64,000 nt of DNA from a virus. Both the position numbers and the translations under genes were made by a program. The notes beneath the pieces are model-generated. The model was given only the letters and a program-made list of their open reading frames with translations, had not been told where the DNA came from and searched no databases. The stretch is from the IMG/VR virus record IMGVR_UViG_3300045988_146009, positions 4,816-68,815 of that record. One strand, given 5' to 3'. Positions 9,775 to 18,937 of the stretch are shown here, in pieces (position 1 is the stretch's first letter; every line of letters starts with the position of its first letter).

Positions 9775-10032
9775 TTATAACTTACTAAGATTTAATTGGA
9801 AGGATAATATTCCCAGGCGAGGGAGAAATAGTCTCACCCCATTGCACCTATCTAAAATAGGATTGAGCAGATGAATCTTTGTGAGGGCCTTATTAATTGA
9901 AAGGGTTGTTATTGACCACCCTATTCTATACATGGCTTCATCAATTTTTTCAACGTGGTCTGGCTGAGGGAATCCTATTTCCGTTAATGAGTTGGTAATC
10001 TTTTTTGTTGCTTTCTCTTTATCGGTATTCAT
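9775..10032 (-). CDS. hypothetical protein
   Basis: 85-aa ORF. Confidence 0.4.
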   Translation of the reverse strand: MNTDKEKATKKITNSLTEIGFPQPDHVEKIDEAMYRIGWSITTLSINKALTKIHLLNPILDRCNGVRLFLPRLGILSFQLNLSKL

Positions 10033-10055
10033 AGAACCTCTATTCTACCACAGTT

Positions 10056-10415
10056 CTAATCATCATTCAATTCTTTTGTTATGATGTCAATGATTGTTTT
10101 GCAGTCAGACAATAGTGCTTTCTTTTCATCAGCCATTTCCTTGGGGACCTGCGTACCCCGGACCTTGGCTTCGAGACTAGTAACCCTGTCGAGTATGGAA
10201 CGAAGGGATTTGATTGCCGCAGGAGTGTCCAGGTTGGCCTTCCACATTTGCTCAGTCTCTGCTATCTTAATGACATAGATGAACAGGTCAGACCGGAGGG
10301 TGTAGAAATACCGGGCTTGGTTGGCTTGGGATATTACTTCTTCAAGATGGTCCGCATGAAGAGGGCCGGAAAGAAGAACGGCTATAGCTGAGATTAGTAG
10401 GGTTGGTTTTTTCAT
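10056..10415 (-). CDS. small secreted protein (N-terminal signal peptide)
   Basis: MKKPTLLISAIAVLLSGPLHA looks like a cleavable signal peptide. The mature part is charged and helical. Confidence 0.5.
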   Translation of the reverse strand: MKKPTLLISAIAVLLSGPLHADHLEEVISQANQARYFYTLRSDLFIYVIKIAETEQMWKANLDTPAAIKSLRSILDRVTSLEAKVRGTQVPKEMADEKKALLSDCKTIIDIITKELNDD

Positions 10416-10864
10416 TTTCGTAGTACTTTTAAAATGGTTAGTTCGTGGGAGTCAAAGTATGAGGTATTTACGTGGGAACATATTTCTCCATCAGTGATTT
10501 CAGTCCATGCCAACTCATAACCGCGGGCCTTGTCGAGAGCTTCTTCCATTGCTTCTTTGTCTTCCCCAAACTCACTGGGTTTATCTATATACTCCTTTGG
10601 GTTCCGTATTATCTCAAATGCAGTCCATAAGGAATTAGTGATGGTAAAATAACGAAGTTCCTGGTCGAAATCCATCTTTCCAAATCCGCTATAGAGAGCA
10701 ACTACGTAGTTTCCTGGAAGTCCCGCGGCTCTGGCCAGCAGGAAAGTAATCTTCGGTTCGCCAGGAATAGGGGTCTCTTCTACTTCCTGCTCCTGGCCGG
10801 GCTTAAACTGAATGTCCAGTTCAATCATCTTTGAGCAGTGGGGACACGGTATTTGATTTGTCAT
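10412..10864 (-). CDS. hypothetical protein, distant member of the tandem paralog family
   Basis: 150-aa ORF with an N-terminal CPHC motif and a central ITFLLARAAG...YVVALYSG motif similar to its downstream paralogs. Confidence 0.5.
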   Translation of the reverse strand: MTNQIPCPHCSKMIELDIQFKPGQEQEVEETPIPGEPKITFLLARAAGLPGNYVVALYSGFGKMDFDQELRYFTITNSLWTAFEIIRNPKEYIDKPSEFGEDKEAMEEALDKARGYELAWTEITDGEICSHVNTSYFDSHELTILKVLRK

Positions 10865-11259
10865 TGTGCTTCCTCCTTTTGTTTGAGTTCTTCCAGGAGA
10901 ACCTCCTCATTGCCCACCTGTATATTTTGAGTGTTCAGGTTGATAATCTTCCTATGCCCATCACCTGTGTAATTTAGTTCAGCCAGATAGATGTCATGTT
11001 CGAATAATTGCCATGCTCTTTTCCTCTTTTCATAGGTTCCAAAGATGTCACTAGGCCAGTTGCCTACATTCTCTCGGTCTTCAACAAGAGAGATAGCTTC
11101 CTCCAATGTATTCACAACCGTCAGGTATTCTAGTTTAATAATGCGGCCTACCTCTTTGTAGATGACTACACGGAAATAATTACCTGGGGTACGATAGATT
11201 GAAAATGTAAGTTGTGGGTTCATTTCTTGCTCAGTTCGTTGTATATCGTAGGTTTTCAT
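10861..11259 (-). CDS. paralog family protein (TFxLYRTPxNxFRV ... EEAISLxxDR ... WPSD)
   Basis: 132 aa. Shares LTFSIYRTPGNYFRVVIYKE and LEEAISLVEDRENVGNWPSD with the two following genes. Confidence 0.6.
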   Translation of the reverse strand: MKTYDIQRTEQEMNPQLTFSIYRTPGNYFRVVIYKEVGRIIKLEYLTVVNTLEEAISLVEDRENVGNWPSDIFGTYEKRKRAWQLFEHDIYLAELNYTGDGHRKIINLNTQNIQVGNEEVLLEELKQKEEAQ

Positions 11260-11606
11260 TGGGGTAATTCTTTCTCTATAAATTCAATAAGCTTGGTAAG
11301 TTCGTCAGGGTCTACTCTAGACTGATACAGGTTACATGCAATTTGGTTGTCCGTATTCACATAAAATTCCAGAAGCTCCACATCTCTGAGTAAACTTCTC
11401 CATATGTCTTCCCTTTCATCATCAGATTCATAGCCATCATCCAGCAGGCCCCGATAATCTTCCCTGTGTCTGGCTATCCATAATGCTTCATCCAAGGTAT
11501 AGGTTGTTGCCATGTGCTTGACATAGAAGTTCCTACTATCTTCTTTGAAAATAAAAACCCGGAACCTATTGTTAGGGGTTCTATAAAGGGTGAATGTAAC
11601 TTTCAT
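11256..11606 (-). CDS. paralog family protein
   Basis: 116 aa, with VTFTLYRTPNNRFRVFIFKE and LDEALWIARHRED. Confidence 0.6.
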   Translation of the reverse strand: MKVTFTLYRTPNNRFRVFIFKEDSRNFYVKHMATTYTLDEALWIARHREDYRGLLDDGYESDDEREDIWRSLLRDVELLEFYVNTDNQIACNLYQSRVDPDELTKLIEFIEKELPQ

Positions 11607-11941
11607 TTTAAAAAGGCATCTGCAATTTGTTTTCTTTGAGTGAGCTTAACCTTCCGATTAGTGAAGCCAAGTCTTTCCTTAAACGTATATACCGTGGAAT
11701 AGGCCATCCTGTTTTTGCAGGGGTAATCAACAAGAAGCGTTCCCATTCTTGAAGCATTATCGAAGCCGTCACTCGGCCACTCCTTGTAAGTATCCCTGTC
11801 CTTAATGAGCGAGATGGCCTCCTCGAACGAATCCACATGCGGGACGAGATGGACACAGTTTCGATGGGTAGCCGTCTCTTCGAACAAGAAAATACTATAG
11901 TACGAATCGTCCATTTCGTACAGTTCAAACGTTATGTGCAT
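11603..11941 (-). CDS. paralog family protein
   Basis: 112 aa, with ITFELYEMDDSYYSIFLFEE and FEEAISLIKDRDTYKEWPSD. Confidence 0.6.
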   Translation of the reverse strand: MHITFELYEMDDSYYSIFLFEETATHRNCVHLVPHVDSFEEAISLIKDRDTYKEWPSDGFDNASRMGTLLVDYPCKNRMAYSTVYTFKERLGFTNRKVKLTQRKQIADAFLK

Positions 11942-11945
11942 TAGA

Positions 11946-12305
11946 TTAAAGAAGGGGTTTAAGGTGTTTATAAATACTGGAATTAACCGCGGCGGGATAA
12001 ATATGTTTGACTATTTTGGTAAATCCCATTGCTGGTTTAACGCTAGTCTGAACAAGAAACTTTGTACTTCTCCTGGAGTATAACCTCTGCACATTAGCAG
12101 GATAGATTACATCGGGGAGGGTAGTGTTTACGTCAAAGGTAGAGTATAGATTCTTAATGTACGTAACGGCCTCTTCGGGCGAATAGGTCAGGAGGTATCC
12201 TACTATCCTCAAATAACGTAAACTCTCCTGTTGTACTATCACGATATAGCTCTCCTCAGCCGTCAAGAGCAAATCGTAGGTTAAGTATTTTTCTTCTTTG
12301 TTCAT
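11946..12305 (-). CDS. hypothetical protein, diverged paralog
   Basis: 119 aa. IVGYLLTYSPEEAVTYIKN resembles the EEAIS motif of its neighbours. Confidence 0.45.
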   Translation of the reverse strand: MNKEEKYLTYDLLLTAEESYIVIVQQESLRYLRIVGYLLTYSPEEAVTYIKNLYSTFDVNTTLPDVIYPANVQRLYSRRSTKFLVQTSVKPAMGFTKIVKHIYPAAVNSSIYKHLKPLL

Positions 12306-12352
12306 ATGTCTTACTATAGTATGTGATTTTTAAATGTCGAGATTATTTTTTG

Positions 12353-13150
12353 TCATTCTCTTTCAAGAAACTTAATCTCGTCATATTTTGATTTGACTTT
12401 TTCAAGGAAGGATTTGAGCATAGCTTTTTCTAATTTGGTAGCCGTCCGTGGAAGTCTAAAATGATTCAGGGTTTGTCCTGTATGTCCTTTCTTTCCAGAG
12501 TTCTCGTTAACAAGAGATACCATAACAGGAATACGGGAGGTGTTGCTTACCCTAAAATAGGTGTGTTGGTCAGGTGTCCCGTTAATATCTACAAAATTTA
12601 TATCCTCAATCCTTTTCATAACTTCCTCAAATGTTTTGAAGATACTAATCTCGATGGCTTGAGAATGTGTAGTTGTTTCCCTGTAGAAAGTGAGAGCATA
12701 CTTGTCTTCTAGCTGTAGATAATGCACGGAGAAGGTTACATGGATTCCATTATCCTTACGGTTTTCCCTCTCAATAAAAGCCTTGGTTTCATCATATAGT
12801 TCGGTTACTTTCAGCCATTCGTCAAGAGAAGGAGGGCCCTCCCGGTATTCACCTATGAATACTTCGAGTTGTCCTATGTCGCTAAGACAAAGCTCAACCA
12901 GAACATGAAGATTCTTAAAACGAAGGAATTCTTTGGTGGCTTCTATCTCGTCTCCGTATGTACCAAAAGGAATTTTGTTCCTGCTCTTGCAAAACTTAAT
13001 GACATAATCCAATTTCCTATGACTCATAACCCCCAAAACTTTGAAGGAATACATGCCGGAAGAAGTCGTCTCTTCGGTTGCTACCCCCACATACTTTTTT
13101 GATTGAGGGTGATAGTACAGGCCAAAGGTAATGTGTTTCAGGTTCTTCAT
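12353..13150 (-). CDS. hypothetical protein containing two copies of the paralog-family domain
   Basis: The N-terminus MKNLKHITFGLYYHPQ and an internal HVTFSVHYLQLEDKYALTFYRETTT..FEEVMKRIED both match the family motif. The start could instead be at 13264 (109-nt overlap with the upstream gene). Confidence 0.5.
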   Translation of the reverse strand: MKNLKHITFGLYYHPQSKKYVGVATEETTSSGMYSFKVLGVMSHRKLDYVIKFCKSRNKIPFGTYGDEIEATKEFLRFKNLHVLVELCLSDIGQLEVFIGEYREGPPSLDEWLKVTELYDETKAFIERENRKDNGIHVTFSVHYLQLEDKYALTFYRETTTHSQAIEISIFKTFEEVMKRIEDINFVDINGTPDQHTYFRVSNTSRIPVMVSLVNENSGKKGHTGQTLNHFRLPRTATKLEKAMLKSFLEKVKSKYDEIKFLERE

Positions 13151-13155
13151 CTTAA

Positions 13156-13737
13156 TTACAGGGGCATTCTTGAAACGATAGTGAGTTCCTTGGAAAGAAT
13201 AACGGAGGCCCATGAGAGGCGCATATACTTTGCAAGTTCCGTCAGGAGGTTGAGGCTCAAACAAGCGGTATTTCCAAGCCGTCTTTCGGGCTCTACTCCG
13301 TTCTTGTCCAGACTGATACTAAGGTGAAGAGCAAGGAAAGCCAGGGCCAGCTTTGGAAGATTCTCACATTCCTTTAGAAGGCTTGCCACCTGCTTTTTGT
13401 CCAACGTTGAATAAGAACTCCTGTTCTCCATGTCAATACCATGGCCGTGAATCTTGGCAAGGTTTTTATTGTAGCAATGCAAGGCGCGGGTGAATGAAGA
13501 GTTGAATACATGGTTCAAGTCCTTCCGGTGTTCACTACAGAACTCAATGGGGTTCTCAACCCGGCACAAAGTAATAGCATCCTGAATCAGAAATGCCTTA
13601 GAAGTTGCGGGAACCATAAGGCCAAACAATACATTTTCAGGCGTTGTTTTTTCAGTATAGGCCCGTTCAATAAGAGTCTTGCTGGTTCCTTCTTCGGTAA
13701 AGTTGAATTCGTTTTTGGAAATATTATCGTTCATCAT
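13156..13737 (-). CDS. hypothetical protein
   Basis: 193-aa ORF. Confidence 0.45.
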   Translation of the reverse strand: MMNDNISKNEFNFTEEGTSKTLIERAYTEKTTPENVLFGLMVPATSKAFLIQDAITLCRVENPIEFCSEHRKDLNHVFNSSFTRALHCYNKNLAKIHGHGIDMENRSSYSTLDKKQVASLLKECENLPKLALAFLALHLSISLDKNGVEPERRLGNTACLSLNLLTELAKYMRLSWASVILSKELTIVSRMPL

Positions 13738-13896
13738 TTTTATATAGGTTATTAAGTAGGTTAATGTTGCTTTTAGGATTCTGTAGTTGCAGGATGGATT
13801 TTCTAAAAAATAGAATGAGGGCTAGGCTAGCTGGAATCAATACCGCCAGAATGGACATGAATGCTATTAACAGTAGAACCAAGAAAAGAATCTTCA

Positions 13897-14475
13897 TCAT
13901 AGAGTTATCTTGCTTGTGTCAAGTTTGTTCTTCAAATAATCCAGTTCACGGGGGGTTAACTTGTTAAATTGGAACACCTTAATTCTTTGTTCGTCAAGCA
14001 TAAGAGGCTCTTTATCATTAACAATAAGCCTTCTCTCCTTGTTGAGGGGTTTCCGGGTTATGGTGTTGATTTGTGAAAGAGTCCGCATAGCCACCCCGAA
14101 AGATTGCGCTTGAAAATGCCTGATTATTTTGTAAGTTGTACTATTATAAATCTGGACATACAATTTAGAGTCAGGCAAGCGGTGAATGCTGAAACTCTTT
14201 TCCGGAGACATAGGCGTAATTTGGTAGTCAATAATTAGGGAATCCCCTTCACGGACTACAAAGCCGTCAGTCAAATTCTCCAGCATTAAGTGCGCCATGG
14301 AGATAATGCAAGGTACTGGATTGGCAAACCACACTTTCATTTTGTAATGGCAATTATATTCAGTCTTCATCTGCGTGCAACTAGGACCATATACCCTCAC
14401 ATCCTTACTACTGAAATAACAGAGGGTTAGAAGTTGAGACTGCCATGCACGAAGGCAGTTCATTTTATTGGTCAT
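13897..14475 (-). CDS. hypothetical protein
   Basis: 192-aa ORF. Confidence 0.5.
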   Translation of the reverse strand: MTNKMNCLRAWQSQLLTLCYFSSKDVRVYGPSCTQMKTEYNCHYKMKVWFANPVPCIISMAHLMLENLTDGFVVREGDSLIIDYQITPMSPEKSFSIHRLPDSKLYVQIYNSTTYKIIRHFQAQSFGVAMRTLSQINTITRKPLNKERRLIVNDKEPLMLDEQRIKVFQFNKLTPRELDYLKNKLDTSKITL

Positions 14476-14758
14476 AATTTTTATTGAGTAGGTTATAAAG
14501 TTCTGTCCAGGTTTTTACTTCGTTGATAAGTTCCTTTTTGAAGAAGGCAACCCTTGCATAGGTTGGAGTGGCGATTAAGACCGCCATGCGGTGAGGTGAA
14601 TGAAAAAGCCGTCTCTGAAATGTGGGGAAGAGTTCTTCCCTGTTATTGTGATAAAGCTCCACATAGACCACGGGAAAGGCATTGGAGATTTGTTTTTCTC
14701 TGCTCTCCTTCTTCCGGAACCCTATGCTTTCAAGCTCTAAAATGTAGCCATCAATCAT
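14465..14758 (-). CDS. hypothetical protein
   Basis: 97-aa ORF overlapping both neighbours. Confidence 0.45.
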   Translation of the reverse strand: MIDGYILELESIGFRKKESREKQISNAFPVVYVELYHNNREELFPTFQRRLFHSPHRMAVLIATPTYARVAFFKKELINEVKTWTELYNLLNKNYDQ

Positions 14759-15432
14759 TTTGCAAAGAAGTTAGACGTTGACCGGATATAGGGGCGGGTA
14801 TAGTGCAGTCTCATGTTAGGGTAAACTTCCTTTTCCAATACGTCTTCCAACTCATAAGAGCTTTTCAAAACTTTCTGAATAAGGACTTTGGCTTTTTCTA
14901 CCGCTTTAGAATGGTTCTTGAAAGCTTCTTCAATCTTGACAAGCTCACTGTTCACGAAGTTTATGCACTTGTCCAGTTCCGTTTTAAAGTTAGGGTTAAG
15001 CCGTCCATTTTGCGAAGTGGTAATACCCTCCAGAACATACCGTTCATAACGGGAACTCCATGTGTCTTCCCCGTAAATATCCTTAACTCCGGTAGGGAGC
15101 ATGACGCGCAGGGAAATAGCGGGGAAGAAGGTGCGTGAAGAATAGTTGTCTACGCTTCCCGGAGCAAGGACGCTTGCCCCTCTAACATAATCATCTCCTC
15201 GGAAGTGCCTATTGAGAATATGACTAACATTACTCCAATCCTTTTCCCTCATAACCTTAAATTCGCCTGACTTTGTTTTAAAATCTGGACTGTCAAAAAC
15301 GACTTTGAGATATTCAAGTGCATCCTTAAGCCGTTCATAGAAATATTGAAGTCCTTTCAAGTCACGCATGGCCTTATCATCTTCTTCAACGAATTTCCGA
15401 ATAAAGTAGTTCATCATATCATTATTATTCAT
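14755..15432 (-). CDS. hypothetical protein
   Basis: 225-aa ORF, ATGA-coupled to the downstream gene. Confidence 0.55.
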   Translation of the reverse strand: MNNNDMMNYFIRKFVEEDDKAMRDLKGLQYFYERLKDALEYLKVVFDSPDFKTKSGEFKVMREKDWSNVSHILNRHFRGDDYVRGASVLAPGSVDNYSSRTFFPAISLRVMLPTGVKDIYGEDTWSSRYERYVLEGITTSQNGRLNPNFKTELDKCINFVNSELVKIEEAFKNHSKAVEKAKVLIQKVLKSSYELEDVLEKEVYPNMRLHYTRPYIRSTSNFFAK

Positions 15433-15464
15433 TTCTTTTTGTCTTTCTATTTTTGTTTGTAGTT

Positions 15465-16157
15465 TTAGAGATTGTAGAATTTAATATATTCTTCCCTGCT
15501 TTTAAATGTCCTCACCTTCCCCCCGTGACCGTTGTATACGATTGTTTCAATTCCTTCGCCATTCGAACGGTTGTCATAAACATGAATAGTAGAGCCGTCT
15601 TTTAAAGTAAAAGCCGTAGCAATTCCCTTATACTTAGGGTTTTTACGGGAGACTACACTGCGTGCGAGGTTGTAATTAGTATACACACGCCCCATTTTTT
15701 GAGGCCACGGGTATGGGGTGCTATCCAGGCTCATAAACACATGGTCCATGCCGTTAGGATAGGAAAAGAAGTCCCATTTTTCCGGAGCTAGTTCGGCATC
15801 CCATTTGACTAGGTGAGTTAGCGAAAATTGGAACTGTGCATAAAACGGAACCAAATCCTCAAAGGCGAAAAGGAAACGTGCTCCCTGCTCAATAGCGTAC
15901 TTAACCATTTTTTTACCAAATCCTTTCCCCTGGAATAGGTGAGAGACTATGAGGGAAACAAGTTCCCCCTCCGCGGTTATCGAAAATACTCCGACGATGG
16001 AGCCGTCATTTACTAGCCTGAAACACTTGCATCCATTATCCCTGTACCAGTCACCGGGGTAAACGTCAACATGTACCTGATTCATGTCTGACAGATAATG
16101 GCGCAGTTCCCCTGCAAGGCTCTCCATTGCATAAGGATTTATCTTTTCAATATACAT
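15465..16157 (-). CDS. GNAT-family N-acetyltransferase fused to a C-terminal domain of unknown function
   Basis: SLIVSHLFQGKGFGKKMVKYAIE matches the GNAT acetyl-CoA binding motif (Q/R-x-x-G-x-G/A). There are 110 further residues after it. Confidence 0.5.
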   Translation of the reverse strand: MYIEKINPYAMESLAGELRHYLSDMNQVHVDVYPGDWYRDNGCKCFRLVNDGSIVGVFSITAEGELVSLIVSHLFQGKGFGKKMVKYAIEQGARFLFAFEDLVPFYAQFQFSLTHLVKWDAELAPEKWDFFSYPNGMDHVFMSLDSTPYPWPQKMGRVYTNYNLARSVVSRKNPKYKGIATAFTLKDGSTIHVYDNRSNGEGIETIVYNGHGGKVRTFKSREEYIKFYNL

Positions 16158-16250
16158 TTTCTTTTGTCTTTCTGTTTGTTGTGCCGGACGTTTTGGCCTC
16201 CGGCTCGCCTTACATGAACAGTTATACCATAGGAGCAGGGAAAAACAAGA

Positions 16251-17090
16251 CTAATCTTTTTTGTCTTGTGTCATACACCAATTAAACGCCGCTTTACCTT
16301 GTTCAGAAATGGCCCATGGACTAAAAGAACGGTGGACAATACGGGGGCGGGTAACCACTTCTGCTAGAATACATCCATCTTCTTCCATGCTTTTATTACA
16401 ATTGCATGGCATAGGGGTTCCCTTGCATTCTCCTCCCCTGTTTTTACGAATATGGCTCTCATAATCCATTGTTAGTAGCAATTCCTTTAACTCTTTCATG
16501 GCCTTATAATTATGGATAGGGTAAGCCATTCGCAAAGAGGTAGAGCTAAAATTCTCTGACTCTAAATAGATTGTGAGATAAAACTCCTTATTCTCCGTGT
16601 TTTCCGTAACGTGTGCAGTATACACGGCTTCCTCACCCTCCAAAATGTTCACAACGTCAGCCTCATACTCAATATATTGAGTTTCAGGGAGTTCTTCCGT
16701 TTTTGCAGGTTGTTTCGGAGCGTCCTTAATGGGCGTAGCGTACACATCAACCGTTGCACAGGGGAGGCCAAAACAGGGATATTGATTAAAAGAATCCTCC
16801 GTTCCCTCAATTTCGACAATTACCTTCCATTCAGCGCGGAAATCGTCAAGTTCAGCGCGGTCTTCCTCGCTAAGTTCGCCTTCATCATCTCCATACCCCA
16901 TTAAATAAGGGAATGCCCATTGAGGAACGCCCTCAACCCTTTCGTAACTGTCTGACGTTTCATCCGTTTCAGATAAGATAATGTACGTACTTCCGCAATG
17001 GGGGCATAGTCCGTTTAGAGGCGTAACGCTTCGGTTATCGCATTCCATGCAGTCATATTTTTCGTTTTCGTCGATAATAACAGTGCTCAT
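16251..17090 (-). CDS. acidic protein with N-terminal zinc ribbon (CxxC...CxxC) and C-terminal Cys cluster
   Basis: 279 aa. CMECDN..CPHCGS at the N-terminus, very Asp/Glu-rich in the middle, CNCNK...C at the C-terminus. Confidence 0.5.
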   Translation of the reverse strand: MSTVIIDENEKYDCMECDNRSVTPLNGLCPHCGSTYIILSETDETSDSYERVEGVPQWAFPYLMGYGDDEGELSEEDRAELDDFRAEWKVIVEIEGTEDSFNQYPCFGLPCATVDVYATPIKDAPKQPAKTEELPETQYIEYEADVVNILEGEEAVYTAHVTENTENKEFYLTIYLESENFSSTSLRMAYPIHNYKAMKELKELLLTMDYESHIRKNRGGECKGTPMPCNCNKSMEEDGCILAEVVTRPRIVHRSFSPWAISEQGKAAFNWCMTQDKKD

Positions 17091-17107
17091 TTTTATGTTT
17101 TCTATTT

Positions 17108-17215
17108 TAGTTTGTTGGTTGGTTGCGGGGTTGTGTTCCCCTTACGCAATCCTTTATATTATATTAGAGGGGAAACGCAAGGGAAATGTTCATGCCTTGT
17201 GTCATACTTAACTGT
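17108..17215 (-). promoter_or_regulatory. copy 1 of a ~90-bp repeated promoter-like cassette ending in GTATGACACA (minus-strand orientation)
   Basis: Near-identical blocks at 17108-17215, 18938-19035 and 19968-20080. Shared segments: GGTTGTGTTCCCCTTACGCA, TTTGAGCAGG, AATGTTCATGCCTTGTGTCATAC. Each lies between two minus-strand genes. Confidence 0.55.
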
Positions 17216-17517
17216 TAAGGCTTTACGAGGTATTCTTTATAAATCTTCAACGCTTCTCCATGCGTTCTTGGTGCTTCATTCCCATCTATGGCTCCCCACA
17301 TGCTTAATATTTCAAAGTTCGTTTCCGTCCTTTTCATGGACAAAACGGCATAAATGTTATACTTTAGTTGTCCATCTTTCCGGAAAGCCTTGTCTTTAGG
17401 TATGTCATTGTCTATAGCTAATGGGCCGTTAAACGGTTGCTTGAAAAACTTAAATTCCGTAACTTCCTCATTTGCATAGGGGTACAAATCTTTCGTCCAA
17501 TAATATACTTTTTTCAT
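17215..17517 (-). CDS. hypothetical protein
   Basis: 100 aa. The start is preceded 10 nt upstream by the palindrome GTTCCACGTGGAAC. Confidence 0.5.
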   Translation of the reverse strand: MKKVYYWTKDLYPYANEEVTEFKFFKQPFNGPLAIDNDIPKDKAFRKDGQLKYNIYAVLSMKRTETNFEILSMWGAIDGNEAPRTHGEALKIYKEYLVKP

Positions 17518-17526
17518 TTTAGGATT

Positions 17527-17540
17527 GTTCCACGTGGAAC
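17527..17540. promoter_or_regulatory. perfect 14-bp palindrome GTTCCACGTGGAAC (copy 1), operator-like
   Basis: Identical palindrome again at 20080-20093. Both copies lie directly 3' of a minus-strand gene and 5' of the next one. Confidence 0.45.
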
Positions 17541-17561
17541 ATTTTAGTTATTGATTTGTGA

Positions 17562-18074
17562 TTAGGCGGTTATAGTCTTTTTGACTGATAGAGTCAAATG
17601 GTAGCGGGTAAAACAAGCTCCTGTATCCGAATCATAAGAACAATTGGCCCGCAACTCTTCATGTTCTGCTTCAACCATTTCCGCTAGTTCGTTAGGCGAA
17701 CAATCCAGAACAGGGGTGTACGCCTCAATTTTGGTGAGGAAAAAGTTGGCTTCAATTTCTTTTGTCTTCCCTCCGTTCTTTCTTACAAGGTTTTCCACCG
17801 TGCCTAGTGCCGCGGTCAGAATCTCCTTGCGTTTATCCTGCAATATGGTAATAATCGCAAGCGGCTTTCCTTCAATGCGTTGGATACGGGAACAAACCAA
17901 AAAGCCTTGTTTGTGCAATACATTTAAAGCAACGTCTTTTTTGTCCACCGGAACGGCAATGCGTCGAATGTTGTGCTCTACCTGCTTCTCCGTTGCTGAT
18001 TGCAGGTCATAAACCTTACAACCTAAGCCTGTTAAGGTATTCAGGATGATTTTTGAAAAAAAGTCTTTACGCAT
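17562..18074 (-). CDS. hypothetical protein (start at internal Met; the ORF extends to 18131)
   Basis: Starting at 18131 would overlap the upstream gene by 65 nt. The Met at 18074 gives an 8-nt overlap. Confidence 0.4.
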   Translation of the reverse strand: MRKDFFSKIILNTLTGLGCKVYDLQSATEKQVEHNIRRIAVPVDKKDVALNVLHKQGFLVCSRIQRIEGKPLAIITILQDKRKEILTAALGTVENLVRKNGGKTKEIEANFFLTKIEAYTPVLDCSPNELAEMVEAEHEELRANCSYDSDTGACFTRYHLTLSVKKTITA

Positions 18075-18300
18075 CTTTTTGAATAAGCCATGTTGTTTCG
18101 GTAGTTTCCCGGTCAAATCCAATGCTTGCATAAGACGGCCCTACAAAGTCACTGACTTCACGGACGATTTTAATGTCTGGACCTGCTTTAGCTAAAACCC
18201 TTAATAGCAGGTTCTTTCCGGGTTTAAAAGAGAGTTCTACTTTTTCAACTCCTTCCCGGTTGTTCAAATGGCTTAATGCTTCAAATAGTTTCTTGTTCAT
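18067..18300 (-). CDS. hypothetical protein
   Basis: 77-aa ORF. Confidence 0.4.
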   Translation of the reverse strand: MNKKLFEALSHLNNREGVEKVELSFKPGKNLLLRVLAKAGPDIKIVREVSDFVGPSYASIGFDRETTETTWLIQKDA

Positions 18301-18305
18301 GTTTT

Positions 18306-18722
18306 TTATGCGTTAAAGTTAAAGGCTTTTTGAATATTTTTCCCCTGTACCGTTACGGACGTGAGGGAATACATTTTATACTGCAACATGTGTATGTTTT
18401 GTTCAGACTTTAGGGCAAGGATTTTTGAATCATACTTGTTTGTCTTATCAATCGCCACCTCTACCACGGCACAATAGGCAAACCATAAGAGAGTTAATGC
18501 GCTTGCGTAAACTCCAACGATACAAAAAAGCTCCGTTACGTTGGTTCCGTTGTAAATCTTGGTTGCCAAAATGATGACAAGAATAAAGGCAAGCCATGCA
18601 GAGATTCTTTCAAAGTTCAATCCATCCAAGGCCCTATATATTCCCCGCCACCTTTTAAATGAGCGGGTGAGTTCCGAAATCTCACGGGCGTGAACAAAGC
18701 TAGCGTAAAAAGCGTATTTCAT
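18306..18722 (-). CDS. membrane protein (2-3 TM helices)
   Basis: Hydrophobic stretches WLAFILVIILATKIY and FCIVGVYASALTLLWFAYCAVV. Confidence 0.5.
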   Translation of the reverse strand: MKYAFYASFVHAREISELTRSFKRWRGIYRALDGLNFERISAWLAFILVIILATKIYNGTNVTELFCIVGVYASALTLLWFAYCAVVEVAIDKTNKYDSKILALKSEQNIHMLQYKMYSLTSVTVQGKNIQKAFNFNA

Positions 18723-18727
18723 AAATG

Positions 18728-18928
18728 TTAGAAGTTAAGGGCCGATATAAAACGCTTCATTTCAGCGATAGAGGTGCATTCAAATGTTAGTGCTGGATTC
18801 CAATTTGAGCGGAAAATAAATCCTCCCTCCGTTTTCTGAACATAGGCAAAGGTGGAGAGCAATTCTTCCCTATCATGGATAAAGCTATTTTCCAGTCTGT
18901 CCAGAGCATCAATGTCTTTCTTATTCAT
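18728..18928 (-). CDS. hypothetical small protein
   Basis: 66 aa. Preceded by the conserved upstream sequence CTAAAATAGAAAA. Confidence 0.45.
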   Translation of the reverse strand: MNKKDIDALDRLENSFIHDREELLSTFAYVQKTEGGFIFRSNWNPALTFECTSIAEMKRFISALNF

Positions 18929-18937
18929 TTTTCTATT

